The notes below the pieces were generated by a model. The model was not told where the DNA came from, did not search any database, and saw only the letters and a list, made by a program, of their open reading frames with translations. DNA of 64,000 nt, taken from contig JBCBZT010000011.1 of NCBI GenBank assembly GCA_039815185.1, positions 1 through 64,000 on the forward strand, read 5' to 3'. The stretch is from Cyanobacteria bacterium P01_A01_bin.123. GTDB taxonomy: Bacteria > Cyanobacteriota > Cyanobacteriia > Phormidesmidales > Phormidesmidaceae. The position numbers were made by a program, and so were the translations under genes. This document shows positions 10,357-20,698 of the stretch, one piece after another; the first letter of the stretch is position 1, and each line of letters begins with the position of its first letter.

Positions 10357-11565
10357 TTACCCAGCGATGGGGCAAATCGGGTTGGATAGGCAAACCTTGG
10401 CCAATTTCTCTAGATCATGGACTGATACCCCGACATATATAGGAAGATAAAGCAACTGCTCGAAGACTTGTTCCGCCTCCACGGCCCGCATTTCAGGCCG
10501 AGCCACAGGTGGGGGGATGACGTAAAGGCTGGAGCCGCCTTGGGTTGCATCAAATCCCTGCTCCCACACATACGCCATCAACTGCTCTGGATGTTCATGC
10601 AGAATGGGAAATACCCAGTAGGTATGTTCACAGGCGCGATCGCCCGGTCGCCTTAGTGATGGCATCAGCGCGATCGCCTGCTCTGCCAGTGCCTTGCGCT
10701 CAGAAATTTTGGCCTGATCAAACCGTCGAAGCCGACGCTCTAGCAGCGCTAACACGGCAGATGAAGGTCTTTGGCGAATCTTGGCAAAAAAGCGATCGCC
10801 CGAAAATCCGCGAACGCTACTGGCAATAATTTGATCGTGATTCACGTTTAACAGCCGACACACCGCAATGAAGATGCTGTAGGTAACACGATAGGAAAGC
10901 AGCACCAGCACAGCATACTTGCAAATCCGGACAAGAAAAAGCAGGCGGTTTGAGATAGGCCACTGATCCTGATATCGGCGCACAGCATTGCGAAGTGACG
11001 GATCGCGAAAGCAGAGAAATCCCCCTGCCAGGGCCGTGGCAGTCTTAATGGGGCCAAAACTAAACAGGCTAATATCACTTTGGGGATGGCCATGGTAGCG
11101 ATCGCCGACATAGGCCTGAGCACAGTCTTCCATCACCACAAGGCTATGCGCCTGAGCAAACCGCAGAATCGGCTCCATCGGCATCCGACTACCAAACAAA
11201 TGCGCCACCAGAATTGCTCTCGTGCGTGTCGTTATCCCTTTTGCCATAGATTCAGGGCGTACTTCAAGACGAGTGAAATCTAAGTCAATTGGAATCGGAA
11301 CCAGACCGTGTGCTTCTATAACCCGTATCATGCCTCGAATCGTTACGGCTGAGACCAAGATCTCGGTTCCTGCTGGGAAGTTGAGCGTGTGCAGCAATGC
11401 ATCAAAGCCACTCCGCACCGACAAACAGACCAAACTGGCATCTTTTTCGGACCATAGCTGCTCAAGTCTTGTCTCAATTGCTTTACGGCTCTGTGGCCAT
11501 AGACAATGCTTGATTCCGTATAGGAGATCTGTCCAACCAATATCAAGACGTTTGCGAGGGATCAC
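10357..11565 (-). CDS. DegT/DnrJ/EryC1/StrS-family PLP-dependent aminotransferase
   Basis: VAHLFG, EDCAQA, FSFGPIKT (PLP lysine). Confidence 0.85.
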   Translation of the reverse strand: MIPRKRLDIGWTDLLYGIKHCLWPQSRKAIETRLEQLWSEKDASLVCLSVRSGFDALLHTLNFPAGTEILVSAVTIRGMIRVIEAHGLVPIPIDLDFTRLEVRPESMAKGITTRTRAILVAHLFGSRMPMEPILRFAQAHSLVVMEDCAQAYVGDRYHGHPQSDISLFSFGPIKTATALAGGFLCFRDPSLRNAVRRYQDQWPISNRLLFLVRICKYAVLVLLSYRVTYSIFIAVCRLLNVNHDQIIASSVRGFSGDRFFAKIRQRPSSAVLALLERRLRRFDQAKISERKALAEQAIALMPSLRRPGDRACEHTYWVFPILHEHPEQLMAYVWEQGFDATQGGSSLYVIPPPVARPEMRAVEAEQVFEQLLYLPIYVGVSVHDLEKLAKVCLSNPICPIAG

Positions 11566-11670
11566 AGGCTAGTCATCAATAACTACAAATTTTGCGTCGC
11601 CCCCAACCGGGATGATCAATTGCCTTCTGTACATCAATAATGATCAGAGCAGCATTAAATGGTAAGTGCT

Positions 11671-12408
11671 TCAATTAACTCGTCCTGTGTTAATCCAATC
11701 TGCCCAGTCTTCTCGACCCTGCTGCTGTGCTTGATCAACAGCTAGGTGAACCTGATAGGGAATCTTTAACAATTCAACCTGCCAAGTCTTGTTTTCTTGT
11801 TCAAGGATTGCATAAGAGGCAAGGGGCGAGTAGTTTTGCATCTTATGATAATTTGGCAGATCGTCATCATATGCGGGTACGCCTACACTACCAGGGTTAA
11901 TGACCAACTGTTCTGAAGCGAGTTGAACGACCCTTGGAATATGGCTATGTCCGCACAAAATTATCGGATAATTAATCCCTTCAAGATAATCGAGGATGGC
12001 CGCTTCATCCCTTACAGTCGGCAACCCACTGGAAACGTCTTCTAGCAAGTAAATACAATCACTTTTAGGGATACCGTGGCAGGCAAATATTTCATCACCG
12101 ATAACTGCTGTTTTGGGTAACGATTTCAGCCAATGAATCGGATCGCTACCCAATTCGTTGATCATATAAGTCAATGTGGCATGATCTTCACTCGGATGAA
12201 ACTCATAAACCTCTCGATCCTCATTGCCCTGAATCGTCACCGCATTGATTGATTGAAGCAGCTTGTAAGTTTCCATCGGCTTAAGCGGCCCATACAACAC
12301 ATCGCCAAGGTTGATAAACTGATCAATTCCTCGACGTCTCGCATCTTCAAGAACTGCGGTTAGCGCCCATAGATTGCCATGAATATCTGATAAAACTGCA
12401 AATTTCAA
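11671..12408 (-). CDS. Calcineurin-like metallophosphoesterase
   Basis: DIHGN, LGD, GNED, CHG, GHSH, NPGSVG. Confidence 0.9.
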   Translation of the reverse strand: MKFAVLSDIHGNLWALTAVLEDARRRGIDQFINLGDVLYGPLKPMETYKLLQSINAVTIQGNEDREVYEFHPSEDHATLTYMINELGSDPIHWLKSLPKTAVIGDEIFACHGIPKSDCIYLLEDVSSGLPTVRDEAAILDYLEGINYPIILCGHSHIPRVVQLASEQLVINPGSVGVPAYDDDLPNYHKMQNYSPLASYAILEQENKTWQVELLKIPYQVHLAVDQAQQQGREDWADWINTGRVN

Positions 12409-12410
12409 TT

Positions 12411-13226
12411 TTATTTCTCCATCGATTGCGCATCATCAGCCAATCTAATCGGGTGCATGAGTTTATCAACCTGCACCTCCTCACCAAGCGTTATCCCAAA
12501 GTGAGTCCGCATCAAAGCTCGGTACTCCGCTTCATCCTCCACTAACCGCTCTTCACGCTGCTCTCCGATCGTTACGATTAGACGGTTATTTGACAGGGTG
12601 ATGCGCCCCTTTGGTGTGGCCAATGAGCACACTGCTTTCCGCGTAAAATTAGAGTCGGGTGAAGTCTGCTGATAATGACACATATCGCTAAAGTCTTCCA
12701 GGCGGTGGGGTATCAGTGAAACAAAATATTGTGGCTCCCAGTCCGAAGTTTGTCGCCGCTGAAGCACCTTCCCAGTATTCGACTTGATAAAGCGGTAGAG
12801 ACTACCCTGCTGCATATCCGCTTCCTCGGTGTCTAACCGCAGCGGTTCCAAGAATAAATTTCCAAATCCAACGTCTGCGATCCAACGCTCTTCTAGCTCA
12901 ATCAGCAGCACTAGATGATCGAACTCAGGCCCCGGCTGAGCACCGTCAAATACCCGCGATGACAATAGGCTCACCGAAAAACCAAGCTGTTCCAGGAGCC
13001 ACCCAAACAAGCCATTGAGTTCGTAGCAAAATCCTCCACGTCGTCGTCGCACGACCTTGTCATAGAAAGCCGGGCGGGAGATGACAATGCGATGACCTAG
13101 CGGAATGTCGAGATTTTCAAAGGGAACGGTAAACAGATGCGCCCGGTGCAGTTGCCGCAGCGTCTTGCCTGTGGGTTGACGCGATCCTTCGTATCCAATG
13201 CGCTTTAGATATGCATCGACATCCAT
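12411..13226 (-). CDS. Arylamine N-acetyltransferase
   Basis: VPFENL, RGGFCYELN (catalytic Cys), His in DHLVL, ADVGFG (Asp). Confidence 0.92.
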   Translation of the reverse strand: MDVDAYLKRIGYEGSRQPTGKTLRQLHRAHLFTVPFENLDIPLGHRIVISRPAFYDKVVRRRRGGFCYELNGLFGWLLEQLGFSVSLLSSRVFDGAQPGPEFDHLVLLIELEERWIADVGFGNLFLEPLRLDTEEADMQQGSLYRFIKSNTGKVLQRRQTSDWEPQYFVSLIPHRLEDFSDMCHYQQTSPDSNFTRKAVCSLATPKGRITLSNNRLIVTIGEQREERLVEDEAEYRALMRTHFGITLGEEVQVDKLMHPIRLADDAQSMEK

Positions 13227-13321
13227 AGAGAGAAATTGTGCAGCATGGACTTCTAATTTAGATGGGTTTGCCTAGGATTTGGGGCAGCTATGCGGATTCT
13301 CTGTTTCCTGAATGACGATGG

Positions 13322-14053
13322 GTGAGATCAGATCGGATGCTTGTAACCCCTGACCGAGGCAGCTATCTTGAACGGCTAATTGCTGCCGCAGAGCTGCCCA
13401 CACTTCCTAAGCCGCCTTATCAAAAGGCATACCCTTGTTTGCTGCCGGATGGCGATTATTTAGAATTGCCGTTTTTGCCGTTGCCGCCTGACTTTGAAAC
13501 GGCGATCGCGTTTCTTTGCGCTAACCAAACCTCATTTGCTGTAGAAGATCGCTTGTCAACCCACATGACTGCTCTGGCCCAGGCACTCGATCCAGAGGTG
13601 GTCGTGGGGATGCCAACTTTGGGCATGGTTTATGCGGCATCAGTTGCTCAAAAGCTGGGCCATGAACGCTATGTTCCCCTGGGATACTCTCGCAAATTTT
13701 GGTACGACGAGGCGCTTTCTGTGCCGGTGCGTTCAATTACCAGTCCCATTAAACCCAAGACGGTTTACATCGATCCCCGACTGCTGGAGCGGCTCAACGG
13801 CAAACGCGTGCTCTTGGTGGAAGATGTGATCAGCACAGGGGGGACGGTTTCGGCAGAACTCCAACTGATGGAAAAGATTGGGGCCAATGTTATCGGCATT
13901 ATCACAGCTGTGAAAGAAACGAATGCCTGGGTTAAGAAACTAGGTGCGATCGCACCCCACTGGCCTAGCCAGGTTCATGCCCCGATTAAGTGTCCTCTGT
14001 TCCAGAAGGGGGATGGCGGTTGGATGCCTTTAGACGGGACGTATCCGCCTTAG
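13322..14053 (+). CDS. Type I phosphoribosyltransferase (APRT-like)
   Basis: PRPP-binding VLLVEDVISTGGT; MPTLG, SRK. The real start may be ATG 13337. Confidence 0.85.
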   Translation: MRSDRMLVTPDRGSYLERLIAAAELPTLPKPPYQKAYPCLLPDGDYLELPFLPLPPDFETAIAFLCANQTSFAVEDRLSTHMTALAQALDPEVVVGMPTLGMVYAASVAQKLGHERYVPLGYSRKFWYDEALSVPVRSITSPIKPKTVYIDPRLLERLNGKRVLLVEDVISTGGTVSAELQLMEKIGANVIGIITAVKETNAWVKKLGAIAPHWPSQVHAPIKCPLFQKGDGGWMPLDGTYPP

Positions 14054-14070
14054 TTTCAGCATGGCCTAGC

Positions 14071-14700
14071 TTATTCAACGAAATAAGTGCCCTGCATGAT
14101 GTACGTATCTTGATCCGCAGCGGCTTCTGTTTCGTAGAAATACGCCTCGACTTCTTGAGACCCTGACTCAGGCACAAGCTTGAGATAGGGATTGGGAGTG
14201 TCATAAAAGCTGGGAACAGCCGTTAGTTTAAGCACATAGCTACCTCCAGAACTGCTGACCACCTCGTAGGCGCTAGTTTGCCCATCATCCCAGCGGATTT
14301 CGGTGGGGGTAATGGTCATGGGGCCAAAGCCATACAGTACCGAACTCAGCGGTTCCCAGGTCTTGACCAACGCATCAGGCAGGGCAGCTTGGGACGGTAT
14401 CGCTGATTCACTGGCGTTAGCCGGTGGGTTAGGGGGTTGGGGCGTTGGAGACGACGACTCAGGCGGTGGGACAGCTTCTTCTGATGGGGCAGTCTGTGGG
14501 GAATTGTCTGCGGGGGGCTCTGGCGTCGCAGGGACAATGTCGGTAGCCGGGACACTATCTACCGGGACACTATCTGCCGGGACACTATCTGTAGGAGCAG
14601 ACACAGCGGTTTGGTCAGCACGCTGACAACTCGCGACCATGACAAGACCCAGCAGGCCAGCTGTCAGCACAATGTTTCGCAGCGGGAAGATGACTTTCAC
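14071..14700 (-). CDS. Lipoprotein with a Pro-rich linker
   Basis: Lipobox VASC; DSVP repeats; small C-terminal domain. Confidence 0.75.
   Translation of the reverse strand: MKVIFPLRNIVLTAGLLGLVMVASCQRADQTAVSAPTDSVPADSVPVDSVPATDIVPATPEPPADNSPQTAPSEEAVPPPESSSPTPQPPNPPANASESAIPSQAALPDALVKTWEPLSSVLYGFGPMTITPTEIRWDDGQTSAYEVVSSSGGSYVLKLTAVPSFYDTPNPYLKLVPESGSQEVEAYFYETEAAADQDTYIMQGTYFVE
14547..14590. repeat. 15-bp-period tandem repeat x3 (CCGGGACACTATCT) encoding DSVPx
   Basis: Copies at 14547, 14562, 14577. Confidence 0.9.
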
Positions 14701-14898
14701 GGGGGCTCATGCCTCCTTGTCGAAAAGACCTAACTATTGTGGCGCGGGTTTGGGTCACTGACACCTTGCTTAAGGGCAGTTCAACAATTGACATGCAGTG
14801 GCAATATTAGAATGCCGAGGAATCCTGAGTGTCCATTAACATAAGGGCATTCAGTTCCCTGTTGTTTGGTTTCCTTAAAGGGATCGCAGTATCTACCC

Positions 14899-15768
14899 AT
14901 GAGAATAACAACCCAGTTTGTGCCGATGATTGCGATCGCAGGCACCCTGTTTGTCTTTAACCTATGGGATTCACCGATTCCCGCTCCAGATTCAACGACG
15001 CCTGAATCAACCCTTACTCCCGCCAGCACTCAACCCAATGTCGTGAGTGCCGCCCCCACGGCGATGGCACTCAAAGACCAACCTAGCTCCCCTGCAGCGG
15101 CTACGCCAACGACCATCGCGGCCCATTCAGCTTCAGCTTCATCAACAGCTTCTGCCATTTTTCCCGATGTCCAAGCTGACCCCTACGCCACCGATATTGA
15201 TGCGGCCTACCAACTGGGCATTGTTGCCGGGTTCGACGATGGTTCGTTTCAGCCCCAAGCCCGAGTCACCCGCGAAGGGGCAATCACCTTAGTGGTGAAC
15301 CTGTTGACCCAGGAGTTCCCAACTCCCCCCCTGGCAGCAGTCAGTTCAAATTCGGCGCAACTCTCTCCAACCCCGTTTCCTGATGTGGCTCGCGATCGCT
15401 GGAGTGTCTCGACCATTGATACCGCCCAAGCTATGGCACTCGTGCAAGGCGATGACCTAGGCCAGTTTCGCCCCACCGCCACGGTCACTCGGGCTGAACT
15501 GATGGCCATGCTCCAGGGGGCGATCGCCTATGCCCACCAAACCACCGGACGTCCCCTGCCATCAGCCCAAGCCTCTGCCATCTTCGAAGATGTTGATGGA
15601 CACTGGGTTGCCCCCATCCTCGGAAATTTGGCGGTATTTTGTCCGGCAATCGCCAATCCCTTGAGTGACGACAACCGCACCTTTGATCCCGACGCACCAG
15701 CGCTACGCAACTACACCGCTAGCGCCGCAGTCCAAACCTATGACTGTCTTAATGCGATCGCCCCTTAA
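14899..15768 (+). CDS. S-layer homology (SLH) domain protein
   Basis: Three SLH-like repeats (FPDV..GIVAGFDDGSFQP..VTR; FPDV..GQFRP..VTRAE; FEDV..HW..FDPD..R). Confidence 0.85.
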   Translation: MRITTQFVPMIAIAGTLFVFNLWDSPIPAPDSTTPESTLTPASTQPNVVSAAPTAMALKDQPSSPAAATPTTIAAHSASASSTASAIFPDVQADPYATDIDAAYQLGIVAGFDDGSFQPQARVTREGAITLVVNLLTQEFPTPPLAAVSSNSAQLSPTPFPDVARDRWSVSTIDTAQAMALVQGDDLGQFRPTATVTRAELMAMLQGAIAYAHQTTGRPLPSAQASAIFEDVDGHWVAPILGNLAVFCPAIANPLSDDNRTFDPDAPALRNYTASAAVQTYDCLNAIAP

Positions 15769-15830
15769 TGGCTATCCGGCCCGTCCCCCTTGTGCGTACA
15801 ATGGCGATATCGTTCTGCTGAAATTGAGTA

Positions 15831-16625
15831 ATGCAACCCGACGCGATCGCCCTGTCCCCTGCCTTAGAGCCGTATCGCGCCCGTATCGAAGCCAGCTTAC
15901 ACCCCTTTATTCAAATCGATGCTAGCCCGAGCGACACCACCCTTCCGTGGGAAAGTAAATTGGGTGGGACTCCCTATCTCCCCAAAGATAGCGACTATCC
16001 CAAATCCAGTCATGGTAGCTACCTCCATCTCCTAGCACAACTCAACTTTGCTGAGATCCCCCACCTTGATCCTTTTCCAGAAACTGGAATTCTCCAGATT
16101 TTCATTGACGCCAGCGACGATCTCTACGGGCTCAATTTTGATCGCTCCACCGACCAATCCCGATTTCGCGTCTGCTATTTTCCTGAAGTCAACACCGCCA
16201 TCGAGAAACTCGTCACCCGCTTCGATTTCTTACCCCAAGCCGAATATCACCCCGTCAATGGCGTCTACAGCCTTAGCTTCACCCACCATCAAGCCCCCAT
16301 TAGCCCTAGTGACTATCGCTTCGCGACTCTCATGGGTGAGGATTTTGATGAACTCTTAGATGATGAAACCCTTTACGACGAATATTGGGATGTAAGTCGC
16401 TGTGAAGGTCACAAACTCGGAGGCTATCCTAGCTTTACCCAATCTGATCCACGCGCTGTTTTACCCAGCGAAGACAGCCCAGACGTATTGCTATTACAGA
16501 TTGACACCGACGAAATCCACGACATCATGTGGGGCGATGCTGGCGTGGGCAATTTTTTCATTCGCGCAGTGGACTTAGAAAAGCTTGATTTCTCAAACGT
16601 GCTCTACAACTGGGACTGTGCTTAA
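15831..16625 (+). CDS. YwqG / DUF1963-family protein
   Basis: SKLGGTPYLP, LLAQLNF, HKLGGYPSFTQ.DPR, LLLQID, MWGDAGVGNFFI, YNWDC. Confidence 0.88.
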   Translation: MQPDAIALSPALEPYRARIEASLHPFIQIDASPSDTTLPWESKLGGTPYLPKDSDYPKSSHGSYLHLLAQLNFAEIPHLDPFPETGILQIFIDASDDLYGLNFDRSTDQSRFRVCYFPEVNTAIEKLVTRFDFLPQAEYHPVNGVYSLSFTHHQAPISPSDYRFATLMGEDFDELLDDETLYDEYWDVSRCEGHKLGGYPSFTQSDPRAVLPSEDSPDVLLLQIDTDEIHDIMWGDAGVGNFFIRAVDLEKLDFSNVLYNWDCA

Positions 16626-16751
16626 CAGTCAATATCGTGCTGGTGGTAAAACCGAACCTCATGCCTCCAGAACTCTTTGTAAAGATCAGTTACGATCATC
16701 AACAGCACATTGCTGATAACAATCGCCTTTTGACATCTACGAGGTTTAAGC

Positions 16752-17150
16752 ATGGTTGAAAAAGTTAAAAAGACTGACGCCGAATGGCAGCAGCAGCTTA
16801 CCCCTGAGCAGTTTGAGGTGACGCGCAAAAAGGGGACTGAACGTGCCTTTACAGGTGACTACCACGATAACAAGGCATCGGGTACCTACAAGTGCATTTG
16901 CTGTGGTGTGCCATTATTTAGTTCAGAAACAAAGTATGAGTCTGGCACGGGCTGGCCTAGCTTTTGGCAACCGATCAATGCCGAAAACGTAGAGGACAAA
17001 CTTGACCTCAGCCACTTTATGATTCGCACAGAGGTCGTTTGTGCTATATGTGATGCCCATTTGGGTCACGTATTTCCCGATGGCCCTAAGCCAACAGGGA
17101 AACGCTACTGCTTAAACTCTGCTGCGCTCGATTTTGAGCAGCAGACCTAA
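16752..17150 (+). CDS. msrB: Peptide-methionine (R)-S-oxide reductase
   Basis: [30 protein letters not shown]; two CxxC motifs. Confidence 0.97.
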   Translation: MVEKVKKTDAEWQQQLTPEQFEVTRKKGTERAFTGDYHDNKASGTYKCICCGVPLFSSETKYESGTGWPSFWQPINAENVEDKLDLSHFMIRTEVVCAICDAHLGHVFPDGPKPTGKRYCLNSAALDFEQQT

Positions 17151-17453
17151 AGCAATCACTCGGCATTACTGAGTTCAGGTTGCCGACAACCTGAACTCAA
17201 TAAGGCTCATTTGGTTTCCTTGAACCATGCATCTCAAATTCAACTGTGATCGGGCAAATCTCGGCAAGTCATTTAGTTCGTTTGAACTATAATAAAGTTG
17301 GGATTTTTCCAATTTACACAGGGTGATGTGAACCTGGATGTTGGTTTCAGCGTCTATGCTAAGGATTGAGTTACACAGAAGTCTGCCAAAGGCTACCCGA
17401 TTCAATCGGAGTCTAGAGCTGTGCAGGCAAAGACACTACACTTCTAAGCTTGG

Positions 17454-18194
17454 GTGCAGTTTACTTTTTGGGATGGAGACTACACTATGCGCTCTGACAG
17501 TGCCTACACTTCTCAGTCGAGTTCCTTCACGATGATCAAGAACCTCCTCGCCATGCTCTCTGGAGGCATTTTTGTCGTTGCTTTGCTAGCAACGTTTGGC
17601 ATTTGGCGATCGGGAGGACGCTTCTTCGAAGGCTTGATGATGATGGTGCAACCGCCCCCACCCACTCAAGAAGTTGACATTCGCTCAGTCGTGGTGCAGC
17701 AAATTCGCGGTGCCAGTGAGTTGACTACAGCGATTTTTGCTATGGAAGCAGTCGTACCTAGCACCAGCGATCGCACTTTGGGCGGCTACGTCATTGGCAA
17801 AACCAATCTGCTATACATTGCCTATGGTGAAGTTAGAGCTGGGGTAGACCTCAGCGAACTAACCTCAGACGCAGTGATCACCACTGAAGACAGCATCCAA
17901 GTCACATTGCCTCCTCCCCGCATTTTAGACAGCAAAATCGATGTCAATCGCTCCAGTGTCTACGACTACGATCGCGGCTTTTTAGGTCTCGGCCCAGATC
18001 AAGGCCCTCAGCTGCAAGATTTTGCCCAAGAACAAGCCTTGAACAAAGTGGTTCAATCTGCCTGTGCTGAAGGTATTTTACAAGAGGCTAACCAGCGCGC
18101 TGAACAGGCGGTCAGCCAACTACTCACCACCGCAGGCTATCAGGACTTCACCGTCAACCTCCAACCCCCATCGGGAGAAGCATGCCCAAGCTAA
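17454..18194 (+). CDS. DUF4230-like membrane-anchored protein
   Basis: TM helix; GEVRAGVDLS, VTLPPPRI, GILQEANQRA. Start uncertain (probably an internal ATG). Confidence 0.75.
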   Translation: MQFTFWDGDYTMRSDSAYTSQSSSFTMIKNLLAMLSGGIFVVALLATFGIWRSGGRFFEGLMMMVQPPPPTQEVDIRSVVVQQIRGASELTTAIFAMEAVVPSTSDRTLGGYVIGKTNLLYIAYGEVRAGVDLSELTSDAVITTEDSIQVTLPPPRILDSKIDVNRSSVYDYDRGFLGLGPDQGPQLQDFAQEQALNKVVQSACAEGILQEANQRAEQAVSQLLTTAGYQDFTVNLQPPSGEACPS

Positions 18195-18208
18195 TCCATT
18201 GAGCATGC

Positions 18209-18877
18209 CTAGGTCAGAACGAGCGATTCAGCTTGGGTTTCAGCTGGCGATCGCAACGCTGCGATAATATCGCTCAATCCTGCAGAATTGAGCCGATAGC
18301 TCAGGGGATGGGCAATTAACCGAGCTGTACTTTGATATAGCACTTCCAACTCAATCAAGTTATTTTCTCGAAGCGTGCGTCCGGTTGAGACCAAATCCAC
18401 AATGGCTTCTGACATGCCTGTAATCGGGCCTAACTCAACCGAACCATACAGGGGAATAATTTCTACAGGTAAATCAATACTTTGAAAATAGTCGCGGGCG
18501 CAGTTGACAAACTTAGAGGCAACGCGGCTATGGGGCGCAAGATCTAGCGCTGAGCGATAGGGGCTAGTGGATTTAACTGCAACCGACATGCGACAGCTGC
18601 CAAAAGCTAAATCAGCTAGATGGGCCACTTTGGGTTGCTTTTCCTTAAGCACGTCATAGCCGACAATCCCCAGTTGGGCTTGACCGTATTCCACATAGAC
18701 AGGCACATCTTGTGCCCGCACCAGCAAGGCTTTGGCTCGCCCCGTCGGATCGCTTATTTGGAGCTGACGATTCGACTTATCTAAAAACAGGCTGAAGTCA
18801 AAGCCGATTGCTTTGAAGCGTTCAATACTGTCTTCTAAAAGCGCCCCTTTGGGCAAGGCAACGGTAAGCATGGGCAC
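18209..18877 (-). CDS. hisG: ATP phosphoribosyltransferase, short form
   Basis: [39 protein letters not shown]. Confidence 0.96.
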   Translation of the reverse strand: MPMLTVALPKGALLEDSIERFKAIGFDFSLFLDKSNRQLQISDPTGRAKALLVRAQDVPVYVEYGQAQLGIVGYDVLKEKQPKVAHLADLAFGSCRMSVAVKSTSPYRSALDLAPHSRVASKFVNCARDYFQSIDLPVEIIPLYGSVELGPITGMSEAIVDLVSTGRTLRENNLIELEVLYQSTARLIAHPLSYRLNSAGLSDIIAALRSPAETQAESLVLT

Positions 18878-19112
18878 AGATATTCAGATATTAAGGGTAT
18901 GAAAGCTGTCTTGCCATTCTATCAATCTATGGTGGCCAGCCTTAAAAGGTAGCAACGCTTCAATTCGATTGCATCACCAGTTGCCTTGCTTTTGCTAAGG
19001 TTGCTTGCGTGCTAAGGTGATAATCAGTCAAGAGCGAGGTGGCATGTGGTTAGCCTGAGCGCAAGGGGCATGCTACCAGAGCGGTTGCCTGCGCTTTCAC
19101 ACAAGGTAACCA

Positions 19113-19304
19113 ATGGATAACAGTCCTTCCGACTTTGAACTTACTGTCTCTGCTTATCAGGAAAGTTGCGATCGCAATAATCTCACTTTCTATCCGCCCA
19201 TCGAAGAACACTCCCAACAGATTAATGATGTCATCTATTTGCGGACAGGTTCGACAGGCTATGTCGCAAGATATGACACTCGACGACGGCAAATGCTGGC
19301 TTAA
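19113..19304 (+). CDS. Small hypothetical protein (63 aa)
   Basis: Standalone ATG ORF after AAGGT; protein-like composition. Confidence 0.55.
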   Translation: MDNSPSDFELTVSAYQESCDRNNLTFYPPIEEHSQQINDVIYLRTGSTGYVARYDTRRRQMLA

Positions 19305-19523
19305 GCTCATACCTATCCAGACCCATTTTTTCCCGTGCATGAGAACGCAAGCGCTTGCGTTCATGCACAAACCTTTAAATCGGTTGGGGGGCAGGGGACT
19401 GCCCGATTTCTCCGTCCTTATAAGAGACAGTAAGTTACGTTCTACTCCACCTAAGCGCAGCATTCACGATCGAGTTCCTAACAAATCCATTACTGAGTTT
19501 CTAATAAGATGCCTATCAAACCC

Positions 19524-19829
19524 ATGTATGCGAAAGAGCTGTTGAGCCGATATGCAGCAGGCCAACGGGATTTTCGAAACCTAAATCTGATTGCAGCCAA
19601 TTTACGGAACCTCAATTTAAGCGGTTCAAATTTGTCGGGTGCCAACCTGGCTAAGGCCAATTTGTCGGGTGCCAATCTCAGCCAAGCTAATCTTACAGAT
19701 ACGGTTCTGATTGGGGCAATCTTGACCAATACCAACTTAAGCCGAGCTAACTTAACCAACGTAGATTTGAGTGGCGTTGATTTGAGCAATGCAGTTCTCC
19801 GGGGTGCGATCCTTCCTCAAGCTTCATAG
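19524..19829 (+). CDS. Pentapeptide-repeat protein
   Basis: ELLSRYAAGQRDF followed by A(N/D)LSG repeats. Confidence 0.92.
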   Translation: MYAKELLSRYAAGQRDFRNLNLIAANLRNLNLSGSNLSGANLAKANLSGANLSQANLTDTVLIGAILTNTNLSRANLTNVDLSGVDLSNAVLRGAILPQAS

Positions 19830-19911
19830 GCGTAGAAAATAGCGATGAAAAGATCAATTTAACCGTCGCCTTCAGAATGTTCAACATTAATATTTCTGCT
19901 AAATCTCACAC

Positions 19912-20466
19912 ATGACTCCAGAAGCTATTCGGACAGTTGGACAAGTTAGGCAAGAATTCCATACATTATTCTCGGCAGCTATTGGGATGCCAGTTAATAT
20001 CACCAAGGGCAATCCTCAATCGGGTAATGCCCCCAAGATTTCCTGGACAGATCAAGACCAAAGGTTGAACTATGTTTGTCTTTATGCACATATAGCACCT
20101 GATGTCATGCTACCCAATCGTCCCCTCATTCTCCGCTTAGGCGTCAATAAGGGGCTGGGACTTGAGTCTGCAAAACGCCTCAAAGCAAGTCAACCCGCCA
20201 GTCAAAAATTACTACGCCTTGAATTAACGCTATTGCCTAGCGAAGTTCTGCCGTTTGTCCCCTGGATAGTGAGCTTGTTGCAGTCTGATGACCTAGATTC
20301 TGACAGGGTAGTATCGCCACCAAGTCCACTCAATTTCGATACGCTGGATCAACTCTTAAGGCATGGCGCATGGACTCAAAAAGCAACCCGTTGCCTGGCC
20401 CAGGAGGATACGTCTCAAGGCACTGAGAGCATCACAGTCTTAAGTGGCGCAGAAAACACTGACTAA
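19912..20466 (+). CDS. Hypothetical protein
   Basis: 184-aa ORF with no competing frame. Confidence 0.6.
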   Translation: MTPEAIRTVGQVRQEFHTLFSAAIGMPVNITKGNPQSGNAPKISWTDQDQRLNYVCLYAHIAPDVMLPNRPLILRLGVNKGLGLESAKRLKASQPASQKLLRLELTLLPSEVLPFVPWIVSLLQSDDLDSDRVVSPPSPLNFDTLDQLLRHGAWTQKATRCLAQEDTSQGTESITVLSGAENTD

Positions 20467-20632
20467 ATAATTTTCAACTGGGGAGGAAGCCCAGTGGTTA
20501 ACCACTGATTGGCGCAAGCAGGCGTCTCGGTACCGCATTACGAATAGGACTGATGTCCAAAATATACCACTAGCGATCGCGCCTTTGCCGAGTCCGAACC
20601 ATACGATGTCAAGTTCAATGCTGCAAAAAAAC

Positions 20633-20662
20633 AGCAGAGGCACCGAATTCGGTGCCTCTGCT
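20633..20662 (-). terminator. Terminator of the first PhoX gene (perfect 30-bp palindrome)
   Basis: AGCAGAGGCACCGAATTCGGTGCCTCTGCT with an A-run on the left (U-tract on the minus strand). Confidence 0.8.
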
Positions 20663-20698
20663 ACCTTAGTTATCTTGATCTAGCTAGCATCTGGAACA

